The position numbers and the translations under genes are program-made. From positions 1-25,774 of the forward strand of contig NW_021833211.1 of NCBI RefSeq assembly GCF_006345805.1: a stretch of 25,774 nt of DNA, written 5' to 3'. The stretch comes from Octopus sinensis. Lineage: Eukaryota. The notes below the pieces were generated by a model. It was given only the letters and a program-made list of their open reading frames with translations. It was not told where the DNA came from and did no database searches. Shown piece by piece: positions 10,420 through 22,100 of this stretch; the stretch's first letter is position 1, and each line of letters opens with the position of its first letter.

Positions 10420-11150
10420 AACCTTCGTGAAGAAGAAACGGAAGCCTTACAAACTGAAGAATGACAATTCAATCATCCTAAAAGAAAACGATTAGGGAAG
10501 GGTGATAGCAGTCACGGACCAAGACTACTATAAAGATAAAATATTGGAAACAGACCAATCCTGCTAAAAGGAAGAACCAAGACACCCGGAGAAAGTAATA
10601 ATGAATACACCCAAAAGTCTGATAAATGAATACCAATGTTCGTTCACAAATAAAGGGAAAAATTATTTATGCAGCTCTGTAATGAAAGAGAGTAATTCCT
10701 ATGGATCACCCAAGATCTACGAATGCTCCAAACTGCAGGAACCAGCAGATAAACATATTAAGACCTACTGACATCAAATTGAAACCAACAGTTGCTGGAC
10801 CTTGAGCCCCAACACAACAACTGAGCCATCTTTTGGATATACTCCTTAAACCGTTATGCCCATTAATGCCCAGCTATACCCGAGACGATATGGATTTCCT
10901 CAAACACATTCCAGAACGTATTATATTTACAATCTTTGACTAATCTTTATCCTAATACATCAGACTTTGGGCCTGGAAGCAATCAAACACTGGGTAGAAA
11001 AGCATAACGGACGGACGAACGAACGCTTCAAAACGCATTTCCAAAGACACACACCTGGAACTAGAAGACAACACCTTTAGATTCGATAATAAACTATATC
11101 GACATATAAAAGGACATCACTACAGAGACGAGGTTCGCACACATTCCCGC
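10420..11150 (+). pseudogene. Penelope-like element reverse transcriptase remnant (intronic)
   Basis: Frameshifted fragments in order: LKNDNSIILKEND*G (IIIK.ADKG motif), VTDQDYYKDKILE, SNSYGSPKIY (FYGLPKIH), LKPTVAGP*APTQQLSHLLDILLKPLCPLMPSYTRDDMDFLKHIPE (RPIV...SYIRD..DFL), TNLYPN, LEDNTFRFDNKLYRHIK. Confidence 0.85.
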
Positions 11151-11159
11151 ACCCAGAGG

Positions 11160-11242
11160 TAGATATACATATGTGTGTATATTTCTGCGAGCATACGTGT
11201 GTATGTGCGTATATGTGTATGTATGTGTGTGTATGTGTGTGT
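11160..11242. repeat. Imperfect (GT/AT)n microsatellite
   Basis: Directly visible. Confidence 0.85.
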
Positions 11243-11327
11243 TGATACATAGACAGGCGAAGTGGATACTCGATGTTGTACAAGTCAAGTCAGAAATAAA
11301 CACGAAACGGCTGCCACATTAAGACAT

Positions 11328-11930
11328 TCTTCTTCTTCTTCTTCTTCTTCTTCTTCTTCTTCTTCTTCTTCGTTTTCTTTTTTTTCTTCTTCTTCTTCTC
11401 CTACTTCGTTTCTTCTTTTCATGCCTCTCCTGCCCCACCTCTCTCACCACCCTTACATCTCTACCTCCTCCTCCTCCATTCTTCTTTCCCTTCTTCTACT
11501 ATTTCTTCTCATTCTTCTTCTTCTTCTTCTTCTTCTTCGTCTTCAACTTCTTTTCCTTCTGTTTCTTCTAATTCTATTTCTTCTTTTCTTCTTCTTCTTC
11601 TTCTTCTTCTTCTTCTTCTCTTTCATAAATCATTCCCGTACTTTCTGCTTCTTCACTTTTTCTACTATTTCTTTTACTTATTCTCATTGACTTACTTCTC
11701 CTGCCCCACCTGCCCCTCTTCTCTCCTACTCCTCCTCTCTCTTCCTCTTCTTCCTCCTACACTCTCTTCTTCCTCCTACCCTCTCTTCCTCCTCCTACCC
11801 TCTCTTCCTCATCATCCCCATCTTCTTCCCCCTCACCCCCATCCTCCTCCTCCTCCTCCTCCTTTGTTCATCCTTATCATCTTCTTCTTCTTCTTCTTCG
11901 TTAACGCTCTTCTTTTTCTTCCTTTAATTC
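11328..11930 (+). repeat. About 600-bp polypyrimidine low-complexity tract with (CTT)n and (CCT)n runs upstream of the LRR exon
   Basis: Directly visible. It explains the spurious Ser/Leu/Phe/Pro-rich ORFs at 11262-12004. Confidence 0.9.
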
Positions 11931-12004
11931 TGAAGCCACAGTTTTTGATGTCGTATCACAAATATTTTCCATCTAATCTTTTTACTCTTTCTTTACTGCT
12001 ATAG

Positions 12005-12076
12005 AAATCTGCTAGGGAACAACATTGCAACCATCAAAGAAGGGACCTTCACGGGGCTTTCGAAATTAAAGTCATT
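12005..12076 (+). CDS. 72-nt exon encoding one 24-aa leucine-rich repeat of the same gene
   Basis: Acceptor ctttctttactgctatAG (12004) with a CTAAT branch-like motif upstream, and donor TT|GTAAGT (12076/12077); phase 2-2. Splicing to 8080 gives VEYL-NLLGNNIATIKEGTFTGLSKLKS(L), matching LxLxxNxIxxIxxxxFxxLxxLxxL. Too short to appear in the ORF track. Confidence 0.92.
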
Positions 12077-13189
12077 GTAAGTTCGTTCAGTTTCTTAATA
12101 CTATTTTCTGAAAGTAATATTTGATGCTGATATATACACTCATTACCCAAAAATCTTTCAGACTGCGCTAAACAAAATCAATTTAAAGTTCGAGACCGAG
12201 CATGAGTTTGGAAGATAAAAGGAGGGAGTAAGAGGGGGAGACATAGTGAGAGAAAGCGGGAGAAATTGAGAGATAACGTGAAATAAAAGGACAATTCTAA
12301 TGCTCCTTTATTGCAGCTGTTTCAATTCAGGTCACCATAACTCATTTTTGATCCTCAAATTTCAATTATTTTTTCTTGTATTTGTATTTGTGAGTTTACA
12401 TGTTTGCATCAAATATTTTTAGCTGAAGTATGTGTGTATGTTCATATATAAGTGTACTTCCGTGTGAAATGTGATTTATATTATTCCTTTATTTTATAAT
12501 TTGTCTCCTCCTTCATTTCTCATTTCAATCTCCTTCGTGAATCGATATTATCATTCAACTTCGACTTTTCGACTCCTTTCACTTTATTTATGTGATAGAC
12601 AAACTGAAGTGGAAGCGGAACATATATATACATTCTATCTGTAAACCTGAAATACTTACTGCACTTGTAAGCTGGAATATTTGGCCTGATACAATTTAAC
12701 TTCTGATATATTTCTAGTTAGAGGGTGTTTTCTAATATCACTTTCTTGTGTCAATTAAGCGATATGAAATTAATAATCTCTCTCGCCATATTTCCACACA
12801 GGTGAGTGAGAATATGTGTAAATGTGAGTGTGCGAATCACCTTACGTCGTTGATATTATGAATATAAGTATGTGTATGAGTGCATTCGAATATTTTGACT
12901 TCCTAGTCAGTATATTCCCTCATTTTTCAGCTATGTTGTCTCCCTCAAACGTTTCTTCCATGTCCCTGAATTATCTCATGATTTTTCTTTGACTACCTTT
13001 TCTGTTTCACCCTCATGAACACCTTGATTTTCAATGTGTCTCCTTCTTTTTCTTCTTCCATATCTTTCTGTTCTTCTTCTTCTTTTTCTTTATCTCCCCT
13101 GTCTCCTCTGCCTCCTTCATCCTCCTCCATCATTTTCTTTTCCTTCAACTTCTTCTTCTTCTATTTGTTTTCCCTCCACATTCTTTTTC

Positions 13190-16100
13190 TTCTCCTTTTT
13201 CTTTCTCTTCTTCTCATTTTCCATAAACTTACTCCAGTACTTTCTCCTTGATCACATTTCTCCTTTTTCTTTCTCTTCTTCTCATTTTCCATAAACTTAC
13301 TCCAGTACTTTCTCCTTGATCACATTTCTTCTTCTTCTTTCTCTTCTGTTTATTTTCCATAAACTTACTCCAGTACTTTCTCCTTGATCACATTTCTCCT
13401 TTTTCTTTCTCTTCTCTTCATATTCCATAAACTTACTCCAGTAAATTCTGCTTGATCACATTTCTCCTTTTTCTTTCTCTTCTCCTCATTTTTCATAAAC
13501 TTACTCCAGTACTTTCTCCTTGATCACATTTCTCCTTTTTCTTTCTCTCCTCCTCATTTTCCATAAAATTAATCCAGTACTTTCTCCTTGATCACATTTC
13601 TCCTTTTTCATTCTCTTCTCCTCATTTTCCATAAACTTACTCCAGTACTTTCTCCTTGAAAACATTTCTCCATTTTTTTTCTCTTCTCTTCATATTCCAT
13701 AAACTTACTCCAGTAAATTCTGCTTGATCACATATTCTCCTTTTTCTTTCTCTTCTCCTCATTTTTCATAAACTTACTCTAGTACTTTCTCCTTGATCAC
13801 ATTTCGCCTTTTTCTTTCTCTTCTCCTCATTTTTCATAAACTTACTCCAGTACTTTCTCCTTGATCACATTTCGCCTTTTTCTTTCTCTTCTTCTCATTT
13901 TTCATGAACTTACTCCAGTACTTTCTCCTTGATCACATTTCACCTCTTTCTTTCTCTTCTCCTCATTTTCCATAAACTTACTCCAGCACTTTCTCCTTGA
14001 TCACATTTCTCCTTTCTCTTTCTCTTCTCCTCAGTTTTCATGAATTTACTCCAGTACTTACTCCTTGATCACATTTCTCCTTTTTCTTTCTTTTCTCCTA
14101 ATTTTTCATAAATTTACTCCAGCACTTTCTCCTTGATCACATCTCTCCTTTTTCTTTCTCTTCTCCTCCTTTTCCATAAACTTACTCCAGTACTTACTCC
14201 TTGATCACATTTCATAACTTACTACAGTACTTTCTCCTTGATCACATTTCTCATTTTTCTTTCTCTTCTCCTCATTTTCCATAAACTTAATCCAGTACTT
14301 TCTCCTTGATCACATTTCTTCTTTTTCTTTCTCTTCTCCTCATTTTTCATAAACTTACTCCAGTACTTTCGCTTGATCACATTTCTTCTTTTTCTTTCTC
14401 TTCTCCTCATTTTTCATAAACTTACTCCAGTAATTTCTCCTTGATCACATTTCTTCTTTTTCTTTCTCTTCTCCTCATTTTTCATAAACTTACTCCAGTA
14501 CTTTCTCCTTGATCACATTTCTTCTTTTTCTTTCTCTTCTCCTCATTTTTCATAAACTTACTCCAGTACTTTCTCCTTGATCACATTTCTCCTTTTACTT
14601 TCTCATCTCCTCATTTTTCATAAACTTACTCCAGTACATTCTTCTTGATCACAATTCTCATTTTTATTTCTCTTCACCTCATTTTCCATAAACTTAATCC
14701 AGTCCTTTCTCCTTGATCACATTTCTTCATTTTTTTCTCTTCTCCTCATATTCCATAAACTTACTCCAGTACTTTCTCCTTGATCACAATTCTCATTTTT
14801 ATTTCTCTTCACCTCATTTTCCATAAACCTAAACCAGTCCTTTCTCCTTGATCACATTTCTCCTTTTTCTTTCTCTTCTCCTCATTTTTCATAAATTTAC
14901 TCCAGTGATTTCTTCTTGATCACATTTGTCATTTTTCTTTCTCTTCTTCGCATTTTCCATAAACTTACTCCAGTACTTTCTCCTTGATCACATTTCTTCT
15001 TTATCTTTCTCTTCTTCTCATTTTTCATAAACTTACTCCAATACTTTCTGCTTGATCAAATTTCTTCTTTTTCTTTCTCTTCTTCTCATTTTTCATAAAC
15101 TTACTCCAATACTTTCTGCTTGATCACATTTCTCCTTTTTCTTTCTCTTCTCCTCATTTTTCATAAATTTACTCCAGTAATTTCTCCTTGATCACATTTC
15201 TCCTTTTTCTTTCTCTTCTTCTTATTTTCCATAAACTTAATCCAGTACTTTCTCCTTGATCACATTTCTCCTTTTTCTTTCTCTTCTCCTCATTTTTCAT
15301 AAATTTACTCCAGTACTTTCTCCTTGATCACATTTCTCCTTTTTCTTTCTCTTCTCCTCATTTTCCATAAACTTACTCCAGTACTTTCTCCTTGATCACA
15401 TTTCTCCTTTTTCTTTCTCATCTCCTCATTTTCCATAAACTTACTCCAGCACTTTCCCCTTGATCACATTTCTTCTTTTTCTTTCTATTCCTCATTTTCC
15501 ATAAACTTACTCCAGCACTTTCCCCTTGATCACATTTCTTCTTTTTCTTTCTCTTCTTCTCATTTTTAATAAACTTACTCCAGTACTTTCTCCTTGATCA
15601 CATTTCTCTTTTTCTTTCTCTCTCCTCATTTTACATAAACTTACTCAGTACTTTATCCTTGATCACATTTCGCTTTTTCTTTCTCTTCTCCTCATTTTTC
15701 ATAAACTTACTCCAGTACTTTCGCCTTGATCACATTTCGCCTTTTTCTTTCTCTTCTTCTCATTTTTCATGAAGTTACTCCAGTACTTTCTCCTTGATCA
15801 CATTTCACCTCTTTCTTTCTTCTCCTCATTTTCCATAAACTTACTCCAGCATTTCTCCTTGATCACATTTCTCCTTTTCTTTCTTTCTTCCTAATTTTTC
15901 ATAAATTACTCCAGCAATTTCTCCTTGATCACATCTTCCTTTTTCTTTCTCTTCTCCTCTTTCCCATAAACTTACTCCAGTACTTACTCCTGATCACATT
16001 TCTTCTTTTTCTTTCTTTTCTCCTAATTTTTCATAAACTTACTACAGTACTTTTCCTTGATCACATTTCTCATTTTTCTTTCTCTTCTCCTCATTTTCCA

Positions 16101-19100
16101 TAAACTTACTCCAGTACTTTCTCCTTGATCACATTTCTTCTTTTTCTTCTCTTCTCTCATTTTCATAAACTTACTCCAGTACTTTCGCTTGATCACATTC
16201 TCTTTTTCTTTCTTCTCCTCATTTTCATAAATTACTCCAGTATTTCTCCTTGATCACATTTCTTCTTTTTCTTTTCTTCTCCTCATTTTTCATAAACTTA
16301 CTCCAGTACTTTCTCCTTGATCACATTTCTTCTTTTTCTTTCTTTTCTCCTCATTTTCATAAACTTACTACAGTACTTTTCCTTGATCACATTTCTCCTT
16401 TTACTTTTCTCTCCTCATTTTCATAAACTTACTCCAGTACATTCTCCTTGATCACAATTCTCATTTTTATTTCTCTTCACCTCATTTTCCATAAACTTAA
16501 TCCAGTCCTTTCTCCTTGATCACATTTCTTCATTTTTTTCTCTTCTCTAATTCCATAAACTTATCTCAGTACTTTCTCCTTGATCACATTCTCATTTTTA
16601 TTTCTCTTCACCTCATTTTCATAAACTTAAACCAGTCCTTTCTCCTTGATCACATTTCTCTTTTTCTTTCTCTTCTCCTCATTTTCATAAACTTACTCCA
16701 GTATTTCTTCTTGATCACATTTGTCATTTTCTTCTCTTCTTCGCATTTTCCATAAACTTACTCCAGTACTTTCTCCTTGATCACATTTTCTTCTATCTTT
16801 CTATTCTTCTCATTTTCATAAACTTACTCCAATACTTTCTGCTTGATCAAATTTCTTCTTTTCTTTCTCTTCTTCTCATTTTCATAAACTTACTCCAATA
16901 CTTTCTGTGATAACATTTCTCCTTTTCCTTTCTCTTCTCTCATTTTCATAAATTTACTCCAGTAATTTCTCCTGATCACATTTCTCCTTTTTCTTTCTCT
17001 TCTTCTTATTTTCCATAAACTTAATCCAGTACTTCTCCTTGATCACATTTCTCCTTTTTCTTTCTTCTCCTTATTTTAATAAATTACTCCAGTACTTTCT
17101 CCTTGATCACATTTCTCCTTTTTCTTTCTCTTCTCCTCATTTTCCATAAACTTACTCAAGTACTTTCTCCTTGATCACATTTCTCCTTTTTCTTTCTCAT
17201 CTCCTCATTTTCCATAAACTTACTCCAGCACTTTCCCCTTGATCACATTTCTTCTTTTTCTTTCTCATCTCCTCATTTTCCATAAACTTACTCCAGCACT
17301 TTCCCCTTGATCACATTTCTTCTTTTTCTTTCTCTTCTTCTCATTTTTAATAAACTTACTCCAATACTTTCTGCTTGATCACATTTCTTCTTTTTCTTTC
17401 TCTTCTTCTCATTTTACATAAACTTACTCCAGTACTTTATCCTTGATCACATTTCTCCTTTTTCTTTCTCATCTCCTCATTTTCCATAAACTTACTCCAG
17501 CACTTTCTCCTTGATCAAATCTCTCCTTTATATTTCTCTTCTCCTCATTTTCCATAACCTTACTCCAATACTTTCTCCTTGATCACATTTCTCCTTTTTC
17601 TTTCTCTTCTCCTCATTTTACATAAACTTACTCCAGTACTTTATCCTTGATCACATTTCTCCTTTTTCTTTCTCATCTCCTCATTTTCCATAAACTTACT
17701 CCAGTACTTTCTCCTTGATCACAATTCTCATTTTTATTTCTCTTCACCTCATTTTCCATAAACTTACTCCAGTCCTTTCTCCTTGATCACATTTCTTCTT
17801 TTTCTTTCTCTTCTCCTCATTTTCCATAAACTTACTCCAGTAATTTCTCCTTGATCACATTTCTTCTTTTTCTTTCTCTTCTCTCATTTTCCATTAACTT
17901 ACTCCAGTACTTTCTCCTTGATCACATTTCTCCTTTTTCTTTCTCTCTCATTTTCCATAAACTTACTCCAGTACTTTCTCCTTGATCTCATTTCTCCTTT
18001 TTCTTTCTCTTCTCCTCATTTTTCATAAACTTACTCCTGTTCTTTCTCCTTGATCACATTTCTTCTTTTTCATTCTCTTCTTCTCATTTTCCATTAACTT
18101 TCTCCAGTACTTTCTCCTTGATCACATTTCTCCTTTTTCTTTCTCTTCTACTCATTTTCCAGAAACTTATTCAATTACTTTCTCCTTGATCACATTTCCT
18201 TTTTCTTTTCTTCTATCTCATTTTCATAAACTTACTCCAGTACTTTCTCCTTGATCACATTTCTCCTTTTTCTTTCTCATCTCCTCATTTTCCATAAACC
18301 TACTCCAGTACGTTCTCCTTGATCACATTTCTCCTTTTTCTTTCTCTTCTCCTCATTTTCCAAAAACTAAATCCAGCACTTTCTCCTTGACCACATTTCT
18401 CCTTTTTCTTTCTCTTCTCCTCAGTTTTCATAAACTTACTCCAGTGCTTACTCCTTGATCACATTTCTCCTTTTTCTTTCTCTTCTGTTTCTTTTTCATA
18501 AAATTAATCCAGTACTTTCTCCTAGATCACATTTCTCCTTTTTCTTTCTCTTCTCCTCATTTACCATAAACATACTCCAGTACTTTCCCCTTGATCACAT
18601 TTCTTCTTTTTCTTTCTCTTCTCCTCATTTTTCATAAACTTACTCCAGCACTTTCTCCTTGATCACATTTCTTCTTTTTCTTTCTCTTCTTTTCATTTTC
18701 CATAAACTTACTCCAGTACTTTCTCCTTGATCAAATTTCTCCTTTTTCTTTCTCATCTCCTCATTTTTCATAAAATTACTCCAGTACTTTCTGCTTGATC
18801 ACAATTCTCCTTTTTCTTACTCTTCTTCTCATTTTCCATATACTTACTCCAGTACTTTCTCCTTGATCACATTTCTCCTGTTTCTTTCTCTTCTCCTCGT
18901 TTTTCATAAACTTACTCCAGTACTTTCTCCTTGATCACATTTCTTCTTTTCTTTCTCTTCTCTCATTTTCATAAACTTACTCCAGTACTTTCTCCTTGAT
19001 CACATTCTTCTTTTCTTTCTCTTCTTTTCATTTTCAATAAACTTACTCCAGTACTTTCTCCTTGATTAAATTCTCCTTTTTCTTTCTCATCTCCTCATTT

Positions 19101-22100
19101 TCATAAAATTACTCCAGTACTTTCTGCTTGATCACATTTCTTCTTTTCTTACTCTCTTCTCATTTTCCAATTCTTTCTCCAAGTACTTTCTCCTTGATCA
19201 CATTTCTCCTTTTTTTCTCTTCTCCTCATTTTTCATAAACTTACTCCAGTACTTTCTCCTTGATCACATTCTCCTTTTTCTTCTTTTCTCCTAATTTTCA
19301 TAAACTTACTCCAGTACTTTCTCCTTGATCACATTTCTCCTTTTTCTTTCTTTCTCCTCATTTTCCATAAACGTACTCCAGTCTTTCTCTTGATCACATT
19401 TCTCCTTTATTTTCTCCTCATTTTACATAAACTTACTCCAGTACTTTCTCCTTGATCACATTTCTCTTTTTCTTTCTCTTCTCCTCATTTTCCATAAACT
19501 TATTCCAGTACTTTTCCTTGATCACATTTCTCCTTTTTCTTTCTCTTCTCCTCATTTTTCATAAACTTACTCCAGTTCTTTCTCCTTGATCACATTTCTT
19601 CTTTTATTTCTCTTACTCTCATTTTCCAAAAACTTACTCCAGTATTTCTCCTTGATCACATTCTTCTTTTTCTTTCTCTTCTCTCATTTTCCATAAACTT
19701 ACTCCAGTACTTCTCCTTGATCACATTTCTCCTTTTCTTCTCTCCTCATTGTCCATAAACTTACTCCAGTACTTCTCCTTGATCACATTCTCCTTTTCTT
19801 TCTCTTCTCCTCATTTTCATAAACTTACTCTGTTACTTTCTCCTTGATCACATTTTCTTTTTCTTTCTCTTCTTCTCATTTTCCATAACTTACTCCAGTA
19901 CTTTCTCCTTGATCACATTTCTCCTTTTTCTTTCTCTTCTACTCATTTTCCATAAACTTATTCAGTACTTTCTCCTTGATCAGATTTCCCCTTTTTCTTT
20001 CTCTTCTCATTTTCCATAAACTTACTCCAGTACTTTCTCCTTGATCACATTTCTCCTTTTTCTTTCTCTTCTCCTCATTTTCCATAAACTTACTCCAGTA
20101 CTTTCTCCTTGATCACATTTCTCCTTTTTCTTTCTCTTCTCCTCATTTTCCATAAATTGACTCCAGTACTTTCTCCTTGATCACATTTCTCCTTTATCTT
20201 TCTCTTCTCCTCATTTTCATAAACTTACTCCAGTTCTTTCTCCTTGATCACATTTCTCCTTTTTCTTTCTCTTCTTCTCATTTTCCATAAACTTACTCCA
20301 GTACTTTCTCCTTGATCACATTTCTCCTTTCTTTCTCTTCTCCTCATTTACATAAACTTACTCCAGTACTTTCTCCTTGATCACATTTCTTCTTTTTCTT
20401 TCTCTTCTCCTCATTTTTCATAAACTTACTCCAGTACTTTCTCCTTGATCACATTTTTCTTTTTCTTTCTCTTTTTTCTTTGTAAACTTACTCCAGTACT
20501 TTCTCCTTGATCACATTCTCTTTCTCTTTCTCTTCTCCTCATTTCATAAACTTACTCCAGTACTTTCTCCTTGATCACATTTCTCCTTTTTCTTTCTCTT
20601 CTCCTCATTTTTCATAAACTTACTCCAGTATTTTCTCCTTGATCACAATTCTCATTTTTATTCTCTTCACCTCATTTTCCATAAACATAATCCAGTCCTT
20701 TCTCCTTGATCACATTTCTTCTTTTTTTTCTCTTCTCCTCATTTTCCATAAACTTACTCCAGTATTTCTCCTTGATCACATTTCTCTTTTTCTTTCTCTT
20801 ATTCTCATTTTCCATAAACTTACTCCAGTACTTTCTCCTTGATCACATTTCTCCTTTTTCTTTCTCTCTCATTTTCCATAAACTTACTCCAGTACTTTCT
20901 CCTTGATCTCATTTCTCCTTTTCTTTCTCTTCTCCTCATTTTTCATAAACTTACTCCTGTTCTTTCTCCTTGATCACATTTCTTCTTTTTCATTCTCTTC
21001 TTCTCATTTTCCATTAACTTACTCCAGTACATCTCCTTGATCACATTTCTCCTTTTTCTTTCTCTTCTAATCATTTTCAGAAACTTTCTATTACTTTCTC
21101 CTTGATCACATTTCCTTTTTTTTTCTCTTCTTATTTTTCATAAACTTACTCCAGTACTTTCTCCTTGATCACATTCTCCATTCTTCTCATCTCCTCATTT
21201 TTCCATTAACCTACCCAGTACTTTCTCCTTGATCACATTCACCTTTTCTTTCTCTTCTCCTCATTTTCCATAAACTTACTCCAGCACTTTCTCCTTGATC
21301 ACATTTCTCCTTTTTCTTTCTCTTCTCCTCAGTTTTCATAAACTTACTCCAGTGCTTACTTGATCACATTTCTCCTTTTTCTTTCTCTTCTCCTCTTTTT
21401 AAAACTTACTCCAGTACTTTCTCTTGATCACATTTCTCCTTTTTTCTTCTCTTCTCCTCATTTACCATAAACATACTCCAGTACTTTCCCTTGATCACAT
21501 TTCTTCTTTTTCTTTCTCTTCTCTCATTTTTCATAAAACTTACTCCAGCACTTTCTCCTTGATCACATTTCTTCTTTTCTTTCTCTTCTTTTCATTTCCA
21601 TAAACTTACTCCAGTACTTTCTCCTTGATCAATTTCTCCTTTTCTTTCTCATCTCTCATTTTTCATAAATTACTCCAGTACTCTGCTGATCACATTTCTC
21701 CTTTTTCTTTCTCTTCTTCTCATTTTTCATAACTTACTCCAGTACTTCTCCTTGATCACATTTCTCCTTTTTCTTTCTCTTCTCCTCATTTACCATAAAC
21801 TTACTCCAGTAACTTTCCCTTGATCACATTTCTTCTTTTACTTTCTCTTCTCCTCATTTTTCATAAACTTACTCCAGCACTTTCTCCTTGATCTATTTCT
21901 TCTTTGTTTTCTTCTTTCATTTTCCATAACTTACTCCAGTACTTTCTCCTTGATCACATTTCTCCTTTTCTTTCTCTCTCCTCATTTTCATAAAATTACT
22001 CCAGTACTTTCTGCTTGATCACAATTCTCCTTTTCTTACTTCTTCCTCATTTTCCATTACTTACTCCAGTACTTTCTCCTTGATCACATTACTTCTTTTC

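Noticed and set aside
11077-12004. His/Thr-, Ser-, Leu- and Pro-rich ORFs
   Set aside because: They derive from (GT)n, (CTT)n and (CCT)n tracts inside an intron.
12599-12666. Possible extra or decayed LRR exon (GATAG|…AACCTGAAATACTTACTGCACTT|GTAAGC)
   Set aside because: It is 68 nt rather than 72, the frame continuing from 12076 hits TAA, and no LxxNxL pattern is present. The resemblance is limited to NLKYL and the TT|GTAAG end.
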